Assembly (NCBI GenBank): GCA_951406725.2
Contig: OX597828.1
Span: 34,844,001-34,908,000 of the forward strand
From: Octopus vulgaris
Lineage: Eukaryota
Reading direction: 5' to 3'
Length of the DNA stretch: 64,000 nucleotides
Shown: positions 29,772 to 47,455 of the stretch, one piece after another
Layout of the letters: each line of letters begins with the position of its first letter
Position numbering within the stretch: the first letter of the stretch is position 1
The notes under the pieces: model-generated
The model's database searches: none
Seen by the model: only the letters and a program-made list of their open reading frames with translations
Told to the model about the DNA's origin: nothing
Program-made: the position numbers and the translations under genes

Positions 29772-31144
29772 TCACACATACACACACGCGCACACCCAAG
29801 CGTATTCTTTCTCTCTCTTGTCTTTCTTTCTCAAACATGCAAACGCTAACACACACTCTCTCACTTTCTCTTTCTCTTGCTCAGCTCACACACAGAACCC
29901 CCTCTCTCTCTTTCTCTCTCTCCCCCTCTCTCTCTTTCACTCTCCATATCTCACGAATACACACTCTCACGCATACACGCACGCGCAGACACACTACCTC
30001 TTTTCAGTGTCACAGACTCTCACACCTTGCGTCTCTAAATACTGTGTCTTTACTTCCTTACGCTCTCTTCCTCTCTCACTCCAGCCACTCTCTCCTCCTT
30101 TCCTCTCTTTCTCTTACCTCCTCCGATATATATACTCTCCTCCTCTTTTACTCTCCTTTATATATTCTCTCCTCTTCTCCTTCCTCTTAGATTTTTTTGT
30201 CTTCATTTTCTCACTCTGTGATAAATAGTTAAGTCCAGGCTACACACACGCATACAGACACTTACACACTTATACACACACACATACACACACACATGCC
30301 ACCAGGTACACATACTGTCTTTAAGTTGAAAGCTTTATATGAACGTTTGTCGATCTTTTCCTTTCTCCTCTTTCTCTTCACTTTTATGCATATCTCTCTC
30401 ACACACACACATACACACATGTACACGTACACACACATATTACAAACGCACACACACATATGCATATCACAAATACATACAAACACACACTCACATATAC
30501 AAAAACGCACACATACATACGCATGTACACGCATGCACATACAAATACACACACTTTCAAATACACACGCACGCACACACACTTTCAGACACACATACAC
30601 ACACACACTTTCAGACACACATACACACCCCTACACACATACACCTATAAACACACACATACACATACCCACACTCACATAAACATACACACACACACAT
30701 TCACTTCAACGACCCTCCACACACACACTTTCAAATACACACGCATGCACATACACACTTTCACACACACATACTCACACACCCCTGTTCAAACGCACAT
30801 GCATGCGCACACACATAGACCTACAACCACACGTACACATACCCACACTCACATAAACATACACACACTCACTTCGACGACCCTCCACACGTACACACAC
30901 ACACACCTACACACACCTTTCAGTTCCTCTATTATTTTACTGCACCACACGTCTCTCTCCCTCCTCCTCTCTTCCTCTCTCAAATCCTCATTATGACACC
31001 CTACCCCCCCTTTTCTATGTTTTCTTAGCACGCTCCTTCTGACAAACAATTTACATATATGCACCCGCCATGTCATTCGACCACACTCGCACACACAGCA
31101 CATACACACACACTACCATGTATGTAAAACACACAAATGTTGCT

Positions 31145-31192
<48 letters not shown>

Positions 31193-31499
31193 TTCCACAT
31201 CGTAACACACCGTTTCTATATCCATCGCATCGTCCATCTCTCTTTATCTGTCTTTCCCGCCCACCACGTCTGTTTGAGACACATTTACGACCGTTCGTTC
31301 AAGGACACACAGATATTCACGGACGCATATACCTACATATACGTAATAACGCTTGCACACATACACACACACACACACACACATACACACACGCACATAT
31401 GCATTCATACATACATACATACATACATACATGCATACATACATACATACATACATACATACATACATACATACATACATACATACATACATACATACA

Positions 31500-31860
31500 T
31501 ACGTACGTACACAAATACACATTTATAGAGAGACAGACAAGTGGGCAGTGAAGCATAGACATACATAACACCTACGCACGTTATATAGCCACATGCACAC
31601 ACATACAGACAGACAGACACATACATACATATACATGCATACATACATACATACATACATACATACATACATACATACGTACGTACACAAATACACATTT
31701 ATAGAGAGACAGACAAGTAGGCAGTGAAGCATAGAGACATACATAACACCTACGCACGTTATATAGCCACATGCACACACATACAGACAGACAGACACAT
31801 ACATACATATACATGCATACATACATACATACATACATACATACATACATAAATACATAC
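31500..31860 (+). repeat. Tandem duplication of a ~180-bp unit containing (TACA)n
   Basis: acaaatacacatttatagagagacagacaagt..cctacgcacgttatatagccac occurs twice. Confidence 0.85.
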
Positions 31861-32449
31861 ATACACACGAACATACAAACACATTTAATGAGACAGACGG
31901 TGACAGTAAGAGAGAGAGGGAGGGAGATGAACAGACAGTCAGGCATACAGACATACACCTACATTCAAAGTACACAGGCGGAAACACACACACACACACA
32001 CACATACATACATACATACATACATACATACATACATACATACATGCATACACACGCATACATATACACACATTCAAAGAAAAAGTGAGAGAGTGAGTGA
32101 GAGAGAGCGAGAGGGGGGTATGTGACGAACAGACAGCCAGGCACACAGACATACACCTACGCAGAAATACACACACACACACACACACACGTTTACACAG
32201 ACAGACAAACACACAGACATTGCATACAAAAATAGAAATCTAAACAAGACATGCTAAATGCACTCTTGCACCCTAAAAAGATGCATAATCGTCTCCATGC
32301 ACCCGAATACCCACATGACACGCACACGCATGCGCACACACAAGCCTTTACATGGACGTTCAACATGGAAGGAATCGTTCTCAAATGAGACTCCATCGTC
32401 TTAAAGATGCTGAGGAGACTTTCGGCAATGGTGGTTCAAGATATCTCGA

Positions 32450-32630
32450 TATTTCGTCTGCGTTACGTTGTGAGTTCAAATTCCGCCGAGGTCGACTTTG
32501 CCTTTCATCCTTTCGGGGTCGATAAATTAAGTACCAGTTACGCACTGGGGTCGATGTAATCGACTTAATATCTATGTCTGTCCTTGTTTGTCCCCTCTGT
32601 GTTTAGCCTCTTGTGAGTAATAAAGAAATA
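32450..32630 (+). mobile_element. SINE family B headless 181-bp unit with 17-bp TSD
   Basis: ggttcaagatatctcga at 32433-32449 and 32631-32647. Confidence 0.9.
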
Positions 32631-32814
32631 GGTTCAAGATATCTCGAATAAAGACGGGATGGTCAAAGCTGGTAAGCCTCTGATCATAGATCTTCTCAAT
32701 CAGGACTAACCCGGGCTAAATAACAGCAACAGCAACAACAACATAAACACACACCAGTTTTTCTCGTGTCTCTCTGACGCTGGTGCCTCATCTATTATCC
32801 ATTATAATCTCTAA

Positions 32815-32860
<46 letters not shown>

Positions 32861-32900
32861 GCCTGTGTTTCTATATCTACCTCTTTCCTTTATGCCCCTC

Positions 32901-32932
<32 letters not shown>

Positions 32933-33054
32933 CTTCTCACTGTCTCTACCTCTCTATCTCTTTTCCAGCCCTCCCTCTCTCTATCCATCTGTCCTCTCGT
33001 TTTATCTCCTTTGTTTGGGATATCCTCTTCCTGTTGTGTCCTTAACTGCCCTCG

Positions 33055-33056
33055 GT

Positions 33057-33102
<46 letters not shown>

Positions 33103-33217
33103 CCACCACCACCACCACCACCACCACCACCACCACCACCACCACCACCACCGCCACCACCACCACCAACAACAACAACAACACGACCCCATTCACCTCT
33201 GCTGCTCTATCCCTAAT

Positions 33218-33295
<78 letters not shown>

Positions 33296-33780
33296 AGCTA
33301 CTGCTGTTACCACAACGTAGAAGACAAAGACACGACCACGACGACGACAACCCTTCACCGCGGCCACTACAACCATGAGTGCCACCATCACCACCACTAC
33401 AACTGCATCTACTACCACCACCACCACCACTACCACCACCACCACCACCACCACTACCACCACCACCACCACCACCACAACTATCAACAGTCCTACCATC
33501 ACCTACACCATCTCCACTATCTCCACTACCATCACCGCCACTACAACAGTCACCACCACCAGCACCATTACCACCACTACTATCACCACCACCACCACCA
33601 CCATCAGCACTACCCCTTCCCACCACAACTATCAACAGTCCCACCATTACAAAAGTCACTACCATCACCACAACTATCAGCAGTACCACCACCACCACCA
33701 CCACCACTGCCACCCAATCCACACGATACAGTTTACATAATCCTCTTCCAGTTGGTGTCTCTGACCACCATCATCACCAT
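33055..33780. repeat. Trinucleotide low-complexity block (CAG/CAC/TAC)n
   Basis: Directly visible. Confidence 0.95.
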
Positions 33781-34036
33781 TCCAAGTTCCTAACACCCTT
33801 AAATACTCAGCGACCATCCTTTCGTATTTATGTCGTCGCAGACCACACCAGAACCAGCAATTTAAAATCTATCCCTACCCCCCGACCCTCATTCCTTTCC
33901 TCTTTTCCTCTTCCTCCACTTCTTCCTCGTTCTGCCTATTGTCTTTTATAGGTTCTATGTTTCACTGTTTGAAATTTTTTATTGTATTTTTTTATTATTT
34001 AATTCCCCAAACCTCCCCCTACTTCTGTTATCCATC

Positions 34037-34097
<61 letters not shown>

Positions 34098-34620
34098 TCT
34101 TTAGTTTGCTTGTTTTTTGTCCGTTCCCTCCCTAATGGTCGACAATTCCATATTGTCAAATCTCAATTTACGAGGTTAAGATGTGTTATTGAATGCATGA
34201 ACATATGTAGTATGTGAATGCACCGAATGCGCCCCACTTGGGCGAGTGTCTTCTACAATAGCCTCGGGCCAACCAAAAACTTGTGAATGGATTTTGTCGA
34301 TAGAAACTGAAGGAAGCCTGGCGCGCTTACAGATATCTCACAGATACGTAAGCAAATACAAGAACAAAAAGGAAAGAAAAGACAGGAAAAAATACAACAA
34401 AAGTCAATTGGAAATACACAGGGAAATATATCAGACTAATGCTGAGTGAAAGTTTTTGATGGAAAAATAGGAGTGGAAATGACGTTTTGAGCATGGCTCT
34501 TCGTCGGAAAGGAGGAAAAGTCCAGAGAAGAGAATAAGTAAGAAGGAGCAGATAGTTCGGAGAGAAGTACGTGTGTTGTTACTTGACTGGTGTGTGAGTG
34601 TGTGTTTGTGTGTGAATGTA

Positions 34621-34660
<40 letters not shown>

Positions 34661-34878
34661 TGTGTGTGCTCCTCTTACCGCCTGACGATCGGTGTTGTAT
34701 TTAAGCGTACATAATCGAACGATTAGTTCAGTAAAAGGATATTGTAAAATATTACCAGGCTCAAAATAATATGGAGTATATTTGATTGAATTAGTCTTTC
34801 TAGACGGTACCCCAGGTACCCCAGCATTGCTGCAGGATAATGACAGAAACATATACACGAGAGAAAAAAAACAACATA

Positions 34879-35125
34879 CAGGCGCAGGAGTAGCTGCGTG
34901 GTAAGTAGCTTGCTTACCAACCACAGGGTTCTGGGTTCAGTCTGCCAACCGATGCTTGTGTGTTTACGTCTCCATAACCTAGCGCTTCGGCGAAATATCC
35001 CGATAGAATAAGTACTAGGCTTACAAAGAATGAGTCCTGGGATCGATTTGTTTGATTAAAGGCGGTGCTCCAGCATGGCCGCAGTCAAATGACTGAAACA
35101 AATAAAAGAGTAGAAGAGTAAAAGA
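34879..35125 (+). mobile_element. SINE family A copy, central deletion
   Basis: Head joined directly to the 3' half. Confidence 0.85.
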
Positions 35126-35560
35126 GAGAGAGAGAGAGAGAGATGTCTTGCGGTGTTTTTTGCAGTTCTATACGATCTGAGTTCAGTTCTACCTCGGAGT
35201 TCAAACTTCGTCTTTCACCCTTCCTGACTCGATAAAATAAAGTATCAGACAAGCCCCGAGGTTAATGGTATCGAGTTATACCCCCACCCCACCCCACCCC
35301 ACTTCAAAATTGATGGGGCCCCCGTGCCTATGATACAAACAATTAGTTATTAGAATCTGCCAAAGAGACAAGCCAAGCACTCGCTGCTTGGCTGTATATT
35401 TTCTCTGCTGTGCAGACGAATGGCTTGACATAACTCTCCACATTAATAAAAACAGAGAAAGAAAAATAGACGATGATGATGATGATGATGATGATGTTGA
35501 TGATGATAATGATGATGGTGGTGGTGGTGGTGATGATGATGATGATGATGATGGTGGTGA

Positions 35561-35591
<31 letters not shown>

Positions 35592-36205
35592 AGATGATGA
35601 TGATGATGATGATGATGATGGTGGTGATGGGAGGTGATGCTGGTGAAGAAGAAGGAGGGGAAGAAGAAAGCGACAGTATGAGTAATGACACAGCAAGAGT
35701 GAGGTAAAGGAGAGATGACATCGTCCTGTCTTGCTGAACAGAAAACTAATGATGACGTGACAGAACGGGTTGGTGACGTAAAAATCTCCCCCGACCGACA
35801 GTTAGGCAGACAGACAGACAGACTGATGGACGGACTGACAAACGGACAGACAGAAACCATGACTAAAGTTCTTAAAATATGATGGGAAAGAAAGGATCAT
35901 TAGCAGGCTGGACGAAATGCATAGCGGCATTTCGTCCGTCTTTACATTCTGAGTTCAAATTCCGTCGAGGTCGATGTGTCTTTCACCTTTTCGAGGACCG
36001 ATAAAATAAGTACCAGTTACGCACTAGGGTCGATCTAATCGACTTAGCCTCTATCCCCAAAACTGCTGGCCTTGTGCCAAACTTTGGAATCAATAACTGA
36101 TAAAGGAGGGGAAAGATAAACTTAACGGGGGGTGACTGTCATGAGATGCAAACTATGATGTTGTGGCGATGATGATGATGATGAAAGACATACCAAGGAT
36201 CAGAC

Positions 36206-36236
<31 letters not shown>

Positions 36237-36745
36237 GTATGCGTAAAGTACTCGGGTTTCACCCATTCGACAGCTTATGTTAAACTGATCGTCATCTGAA
36301 TATTGGAACCTTGAGTTGTGTTTTGGACACCTTTCATTTTATTTGCCCTTTAAGTCGGTCTCCTACAAATCCCTAAATATTTCTATTTAGGGATTAGGGG
36401 AGTTTGTATCAATTCACCCTTTTCAGAAAGGAAGGCACAGGGGCGAAGGAAAAGTCGCAAATCTATGACCAGCGTAACGTGTTGCTTGTGTCTTCTTTAT
36501 TCTTCATGCAAATACTGTCTGGTCGCTGATTAATTTGTCTGTCTGGTTGCTTGTCGACTGTCTAGCTGCCTATCAGTCTGTCTGTCTAGCTGGCTCGCTG
36601 ACTGTCTGTCTGTCTATATATTTCAACGTACGTATGATTCCCTATCTCAATCTATCTCTATATACCGCTGTATATCCCACTACCGTTCTCTTTCTTCCAC
36701 AGATCACGTGAAACAAACACACACCCATATATACATTTATGCATT

Positions 36746-36790
<45 letters not shown>

Positions 36791-36839
36791 AAGACAAAAA
36801 GAAAGGAGAGAAAGAAAGATAGTGGACACACAAACATAA

Positions 36840-37640
36840 ATAAGGCATACAGTTGTACATACAGACAGACATATGCATACCTGCGTACATATATACATAT
36901 ACATACATCTTCATATATCATACATATACAACTATATCTACATAAACATAGCATACATACACTTACATACACAAACATACGTACATACATACAAACATAC
37001 ATACATGCACATACAGATACGTACATACAAACATAATTATATGCTTAAATGCATACATACATACACACACATTCATACGTACATAAATGAATGCACACAC
37101 ACATACATACATAAATACATACATACATAAATACATACATACATACATACATAAATACATACATATATACATATATACATACATACATACATACTTATAT
37201 ACATACATACATACATACATACATACATACATACATACATACACACACATACATACATACATACATACATACATAAATACATACATACATACATACATAC
37301 ATACATACTTATATACATACTTACACACATACATACATACATATATACATACATACATACATACATACATACACACATACATACGTACGTACATACATGC
37401 ATGCATACATAAATACGTACATACATACATACATACATACATACATAAATACATACATACGTACGTACATACATACATACATACATACATACATGCATAC
37501 ATACATACATACATACACACATACATACGTACGTACATACATACATACATACATACATACATACATACATACATACATACATACATACATACATACATAC
37601 GTACGTACGTACGTACGTACGTACGTACGTACATACAATA
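36840..37640. repeat. (TACA)n compound microsatellite
   Basis: Directly visible. Confidence 0.95.
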
Positions 37641-38006
37641 CCGGTTTTGCAAAAGTCAGTCTGTCACACCTAATCGATATCTATGTCATCAATATATTTA
37701 TGGCAGGCACTTAGTTTACAGTTTCCGGTGAGATGAAAGGCAAACACCGTAAAGAACGTTTCTCTATTCTCACTGCTAAAAGGGGCGTGCATAGACCTTA
37801 TTTATATACATTTACTCGTCTCATAAATTACCATGGAGCCCTTCAGATGATTTTCGTACTAATGAAAAAATCATCGCAATAAACTTTTAAAACATACAAG
37901 GCTTATTTAAGGGAGGAATAGGACCAAGCAAAATCATGGCGGAGTTCAGTTATGTCCCCTTAATTGACGTTAGGTGTCAGGTCGATTATTTCATATGTAA
38001 AGTATC

Positions 38007-38238
38007 TATTTCTTTATTGCCCACAGGGAGCTAAACACAGAGGGGACAAACAAGGACAGACAAAGGGATTAAGTCAATTACATCGACCCAGTGCGTAACT
38101 GGTACTTATTTAATCGACCCCGAAAGGATGAAAGGCAAAGTCGACCTCGGCGGAATTTGAACTCAGAACGTAGCGGCAGACGAAATACGGCTACACATTT
38201 AGCCCGGCGTGCTAACGTTTCTGCCAGCTCGCCGCCTT
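38007..38238 (-). mobile_element. SINE family B full-length copy
   Basis: Consensus match; flanking 7-bp repeat aagtatc. Confidence 0.9.
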
Positions 38239-38529
38239 AAGTATCGCTCAAATAGAATACTTTAACTGACCAATCTTTCTTTATCCAGAATTTTGTGATA
38301 GTCTGTGGAGAAGGAGACAAACTGTTTGCGGTATCTAGTTCCACGCTTTTATGTTCAGATTCCATCGAGGTGTCCGTTTCTTTCTTTTTTTTTCTTTTCT
38401 TTCTATGGTGAATATAACAAAGAACTAATCAAGTGCTGGAGGGGTTATCCTTGGCGGTTACCCTTCCCCACAAATTTCTATCCTTATAACTAAATGAAAA
38501 TTTATTGTTGTTGTTGTTGTTGTTGTTGT

Positions 38530-38970
38530 TAAGGCAGCGAGCGGGCAGAATCGTTACCGAACCGGAAAAAAGCGCTTAGCGACATTTCGTCCGTTTTTAC
38601 GTATATATGAGTTTAAATTCTGCAAAGGTCGACTTTGCCTTTCATCCTTTCGGAGTTGTTAAATAAACACCAGTTCATCACTTTGATCGATGCAGTCGAC
38701 TTCCGTTCTTTCCTGAAATTGCTGTAACTTATGACAAAATCTGGAACCATGAGGCGGCGAGCGGGCAGAATCGTTGGCGCACCGAACAAATATGCTTAGC
38801 GGTATTTCATCAGTCTTTACGTTCTGAGCTCAAATTCCGCCGAGGTCGTCTTTGGTTTTCATCCGTTCAGGGTCGATAATATAAGTTACCAATTAAGTAA
38901 TGGGATCGATATAATCGATTAACACCTTCTCACAAAATTTCAGTCCTTGTGGCTGCATTAAAAAAGGGTT
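38530..38970 (+). mobile_element. Two tandem diverged SINE family B copies
   Basis: Heads at ~38531 and ~38752. Confidence 0.75.
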
Positions 38971-39084
38971 ATTAGTATTTTGCTTGAGCCTTAGCGGAAC
39001 TTATAAGGGCTGGTTACCTATTTTCAATGACATATAGGTGACTCGGGTCACAAAAATCCTCCCTAAAATGCAAAGTTGGCCTCG

Positions 39085-39385
39085 GCTACTTATTCTATCG
39101 GTCTCTTTTGCCGAACCGCTAAGTTACGGGGACGTAAACATACCAGCATCAGTAGTCAAGCGATGTCGGAATGGGGGACAAACACAAACACACACAAATG
39201 AATGTATATATATATATATATATATATATAGGACGGGCTTCTTCCATTTTCCGTCTACCAAATCCACTCACAATGATTTGGTCGGTCGGAGGCAATAGTA
39301 GAAAACACTTGTCACACAGTGGGACTGAACCCGGAACTATGTGGTTGGAAAATAAGCTTCTTACCACACAGCCACGCCCGCGCCT
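39085..39385 (-). mobile_element. SINE family A copy
   Basis: Reverse-complement match to the family consensus. Confidence 0.85.
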
Positions 39386-39698
39386 ATATTTCTTTGGACG
39401 CCTATATATATTGTAAAGAACCTTTATGGTTAAAACTTTATTCCAAATTTTATTCTCGTCTCTCAAAAATATTGCCACTGTTTTTGAGTGTCGGTTAGAT
39501 GGTTTTATGATGTTTGCTCCAAATCTCTAAGTTCTGAGATCGAATTACACTTTGTAGAATGGCCGTGTGGTTAGCAAGCTCTCTTTGCAACCGCATAGTC
39601 TCGATTTCAGTTCTACTGCGCAACACCAACGGCAATTTTCTTCTACTGAAACTGCGAGCTAACCGATGCCTTAAATTTGACAGGAAAGGGGGGGGGCT

Positions 39699-39770
39699 AA
39701 TTCGCTGGTGTAAAGGTAACACACTTAGTCGCATTAACGAAGGGATGTGGGTTCGAGTCCCATGCGGATA
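39699..39770 (+). pseudogene. tRNA-like sequence (pseudogene or SINE head)
   Basis: Acceptor attcgc/gcggat, D arm gtgt..acac, T arm gtggg-ttcgagt-cccat; anticodon arm malformed. Confidence 0.55.
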
Positions 39771-39962
39771 GGAAAGCCTTCTTTTTTCTTTCGAGGGCTT
39801 ATAAACCCCGTTATTAGGTTATTAGTCATTGCACAGTGATCACTATAAGCTTTAAGCTTGTATAAAAATACCATTATTATTATCTACACACATACACACA
39901 CACAATTATATATATATATATATGGAACTATACCCGGTTTACGCGCAGTATAAGTAGTTGAG

Positions 39963-40276
39963 GTGAAGGCGCGTGGTTTAGTGGTTAGGGTATTCGGATC
40001 ATAAGTTCGTGAGTTCGATTTCCAACAGCGCGTTGTGTCCTTCAGCAAGACACTTTATTTCATGTTGCTCCACCTCAGATAACAAAAATGAGTTGTACTC
40101 GTAAGTGAAAGAGCCAGCCTTGTCACACTCTGAGTCAAGCTGACTTTCTCTGAGAACTACGATGAGGGTACGAGTGTCTGTGGAGTACTCAGCCACTTGC
40201 ATGCTAATTTCACGAGCGGGTTGTTCCGTGGATAAGATCAACTGGAACAATCATTGTCATAAACGACGGAGTGCCA
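39963..40276 (+). mobile_element. tRNA-SINE, head type 2 + tail Y
   Basis: Matches the reverse complement of 8374-8713. Confidence 0.85.
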
Positions 40277-40720
40277 AATGGCTCAGATCACAGTACAACC
40301 CCTGAGTAGGACGCCAGTCCGTCGCAGGGTTAACTCTCCATTTATTCCTGGATCTCATTTGCATCTGAATATGCCAGCGCAATTAATGTAAGGACGAAAC
40401 GTTTTGTTCATGAACACGACGTACCACCCAGTCCAGGAATCTAAACCACTATCTAATGAGCATGGGCGCAGCATCATACAATACTTGGCCACACCCTTTC
40501 TACAACTAGTTTTTTGAAGTACATTTTTTATATTTGGGTCCAGCGTGTTCTGCTGCAGCAGAATGTTTCAGCTCAGTCTTTCCATAATCAGTCGTTATGC
40601 TTGCAGCTGAACAACAACAACAACAACAACAACAAATGCAACAACCGCAGTAATTCGACTTATAGAATCATCCTTTGAGAATTTAGCATCTCCAACTCAA
40701 ATACAACAGTTAAGTCAAAT

Positions 40721-41095
40721 AAGCAGATACAATCATTCATCAACAGATGCTTGCGTAGTATACTTAAAATTAGATGGCCCGAACGCATAAGCAATATGGA
40801 GCTATGGCAAAGAACAAATCAAGTTTCGATTAGGGAGCAAATATTTAAGAAAAAGTGGAAGTGGATTGGTAGCACAATTAGATAAGAAACACCAAATGTA
40901 GCGAAAAGTGCTTTGCAGTGGAAACCGAATGGATATAGAAAGAGAGGTAGGCCTAAGAACTCGTGGCGTAGATCAACACAAAAGGAATTAGAGAAAGGGG
41001 GATATTCATGGCAGAGTATAAGTACAGAAGCGCAAAATTATGCGACATGGAATTCAACTATAAGTGGCCTATACTCCGCGTTGGAGGGTTAAAGG
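40721..41095 (+). mobile_element. RTE-clade LINE 3' fragment (degenerate)
   Basis: Manual translation: QIQSFINRCLRSILKIRWPERISNMELWQRTNQ..KKKWKWIG..*..ALQWKPNGYRKRGRPKNSWRR..; one internal stop. Confidence 0.9.
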
Positions 41096-41612
41096 CAGGA
41101 AAAAAACCCAACTCAAATACAGTTGACCCAGGATAGAATAGCAAACCGCAAACCGCAAACCTCTGAACTTGTTGCCCGTCACCCTGTGTATTAGCCACTC
41201 GTCCCTCAATCTGTTCACAATTTATAAATAAATGGTTTCTATACAAAGAACAACATGAATCTGTTGAAGGACAAGTCATACAAACATGTACATGATATTG
41301 CATCACAATGGATGGAGGATCAATAAAGGAAAATCAACAGATTTTTCAGTGGTATCAACGGCAAGAGATATATTTAGATGTTATGCAGATGTAATGTCCG
41401 CTCTGCTGCCTACAACAGCGCCGCCAGGTGGTGAGATGGGTAGTTGACTGAGATAGGGTAAAATGGAGTTGTAATGTGTTTTATTTAAAATAATCGATTC
41501 TCTATTTGTTGTGCAAATACATGATACATACATACATATATATATATGTGCGTGTGTGTGTATACATACACACACGCATATATATATATATATATATACG
41601 TTTATTTGTATG

Positions 41613-41644
<32 letters not shown>

Positions 41645-41660
41645 CGTTTGTTTGTATGTA

Positions 41661-41699
<39 letters not shown>

Positions 41700-41813
41700 A
41701 GCTATATTCATATATACATGTACACGTTTGCACCTAAAATATGAATGCGACCATTCTTATATATATGTGTGTGTGTGTATAAGACCCTTATGTAATGAAT
41801 ATGTGTGTGAGTG

Positions 41814-41844
<31 letters not shown>

Positions 41845-42369
41845 CATATATGCGCGTGTGTCCGTATATGAATAAAATGGATGTATCACAAATGTATGCA
41901 CTGCGCATATTTGTATATATATAAATACATATATGTGTGCGTATGTGTGTGTGATTGCGTGTGTTTCTGTGTGCATGTGTGTGTGTGTGTGTGCATGTGT
42001 GTATTCATTGAAATAAGTTGATAGGTAGATAGATAACAGAGATCCAAAAGGCAGGGTGTAGCTCTGCCCAGACCGCGCTCTCTGCGTCTATTTCAAACAA
42101 ACGTTTAGCGTTGTGACCTGATTTACCAAGAATCAATAATGTGTCTCTTTTTTTTTTATACTCTTTCATTTCCCCCTTTCTCTCTCCCTTCACTCTCTCT
42201 CTCTCTTTTCTTTCTCACTCTCTTCCTCTTCCTCTTTCTGCCCCTCTCTTTCAGTGTGTGTGTGTGTGTGTGTGTGTGTCTCTCTCTCTCTCTCTGGATC
42301 GTCTGCTCTGTTGTAGGGAATCTCTTAGAGATGAACATAGAGTTAAATAGTGTAGAGGCGGGGAATAGT

Positions 42370-45230
<2,861 letters not shown>

Positions 45231-45708
45231 ACATCTAATGTTAATTTTTTATATCTTTTAGGATAGTTTAATAAATATCAGTCGTTTTCAAACGGCGTGT
45301 CGCAACATCTTGTTCCGCCACAAGATGTCGATAGGTGTGTCGCTTAAATAATAACAATTCTATTTGAAAAACGATGTTTCAAAATTACGCACTAAAAATT
45401 CCCGATGAAAAGTTTTAATAACTTCGCATTGCTTATTGAAGAAAGAATCTAAGTATTTAATAATTGATTTTGAAATTCATGTGTTACAAGCACTCACACA
45501 CACCTATTAAAAAACACTCATACACACCTATTAAAAAAACATTCAAAAACATAAACGCACACACCAAAGTATGACAGCAATAAAAATAAAAATAAAAACA
45601 AACAAGGAATATAGAAAATGCTGAAAAACTGAAAATTTACTGTAAGCATTTAAATTATGCATATTTAATGATTAAAATACGTAAAACCGTTGTAAAAAAC
45701 TATTTTCA

Positions 45709-45756
<48 letters not shown>

Positions 45757-45771
45757 TTTATTTTTACTATG

Positions 45772-45849
<78 letters not shown>

Positions 45850-45864
45850 TTTATTTTTACTATG

Positions 45865-45963
<99 letters not shown>

Positions 45964-46153
45964 CTTCTTCTTCTTCTTATTATTATTATTATTATCATTA
46001 TTATTATTATTATTATTTTGGTTTTTAGAAAGACTATAAAAGTATTTTTATTTGCTTTAATACGCTTTGAATACGTTGGACAGAAAAGAAAACGAATAGG
46101 TGCCAAAAATGGCCAAAAACTATTAAAAAAATATCAGGTACAGAGAGAAAGAA

Positions 46154-46204
<51 letters not shown>

Positions 46205-47324
46205 GGCAGAAAAAGAGAGAGAAGGTGGAAGAGGAAACAGACAAACAGACAGAGAGAGAAAAAAAGAGAGGGTGAGGGAGATAGCGAGAGCGAGAGAGAA
46301 CGCGAGAGAAAAAGAGGGAGAAAGAGACAGACAAACAGGGAGAAAGAGAGAGAGAAACAGAGAAAGACAGAAAGAGAGAAAGGGAGGGGAAGGAGAGACA
46401 GACAGACAGACAGACAAAACAAGAGAGAAAAAGAGAGGAGGAGGGAGACAGCGAGAGCGAGAGAGAACGCAAGAGAGAAAGAGAGTCAGACAGACAAACA
46501 AAAAAAGAGAGAGGGGAGGGAAAGAGACAGACAGAGAAACATACAGAGAAGGTGAGAGGGGGAGTAAGAGAGAAAGAGAGAGAGAGAAGTGGTGAAGTAA
46601 ACCATTTTAGACGTTTGATTAGAAAAAAAATCACGGATTACGGAGAGTTGCTGTGGAATTGTGTCAGTGAAGATTACGGAGAATATGTGAGCGGAAAACG
46701 AAATCGCAAAAGTAATTCTTTCTAATTTTGGCACAAGGCCAGCAATCTCATGAGGGCTTCTTCCTCAATGAATTACATCGACCCCAGTATTTGACTGGTA
46801 CTTATTTAACGATACTGAAAGAATCGATCTTTGTGATATTAGAAGTCAATACACGAAGGCGGACGAAGTGCCGCTAAGCACTTTGTCCGACGATTCTGTC
46901 AGCCTGCCGCCATTATAGTAATAATGGTAATAATAATGATAACAATGGAATCTCCCATCGAAGACTACGTAGGGGCATTCAGCTTTTGCCGAACGAACTG
47001 CACAAATGATTTGTTTACGGGGATCAAATGGTCATGCCACACATATTAGCTCACTCTCTCCATCAATTCGACGTTACCTGAACCAGTGCACAGGTGTACC
47101 ACGCGCCAGGTGTCGAAGTGATTGCAGAATAACATGAGATGAAGTGTTTTGCGCAAGAACACAACGCATCATCCATGGTAAGACTTGAAAGCACGATTTC
47201 GCGATTGTGCGTGCAACAACCCAACCACTGAGCGATAACAATAATAATAATAATAATAACAATAATAATAATAATAATAGTTGTTGTTGTAGTAGTAGTA
47301 GTGGCAGCAGCAGTAGCAGTAATT

Positions 47325-47367
<43 letters not shown>

Positions 47368-47392
47368 CAGCAGCAGCAGTAGTAGTAGTTGT

Positions 47393-47430
<38 letters not shown>

Positions 47431-47455
47431 TGATAATAATAAATTCCTGATACAA

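Noticed and set aside
33002-33951. Pro-, Thr-, Gly- and Val-rich ORFs (extensin/mucin-like)
   Set aside because: Open in several frames on both strands because of trinucleotide repeats.
41330-41420. VSTARD peptide shared with the 6581-6799 minus frame
   Set aside because: Six-residue match with no convincing extension; probably chance.
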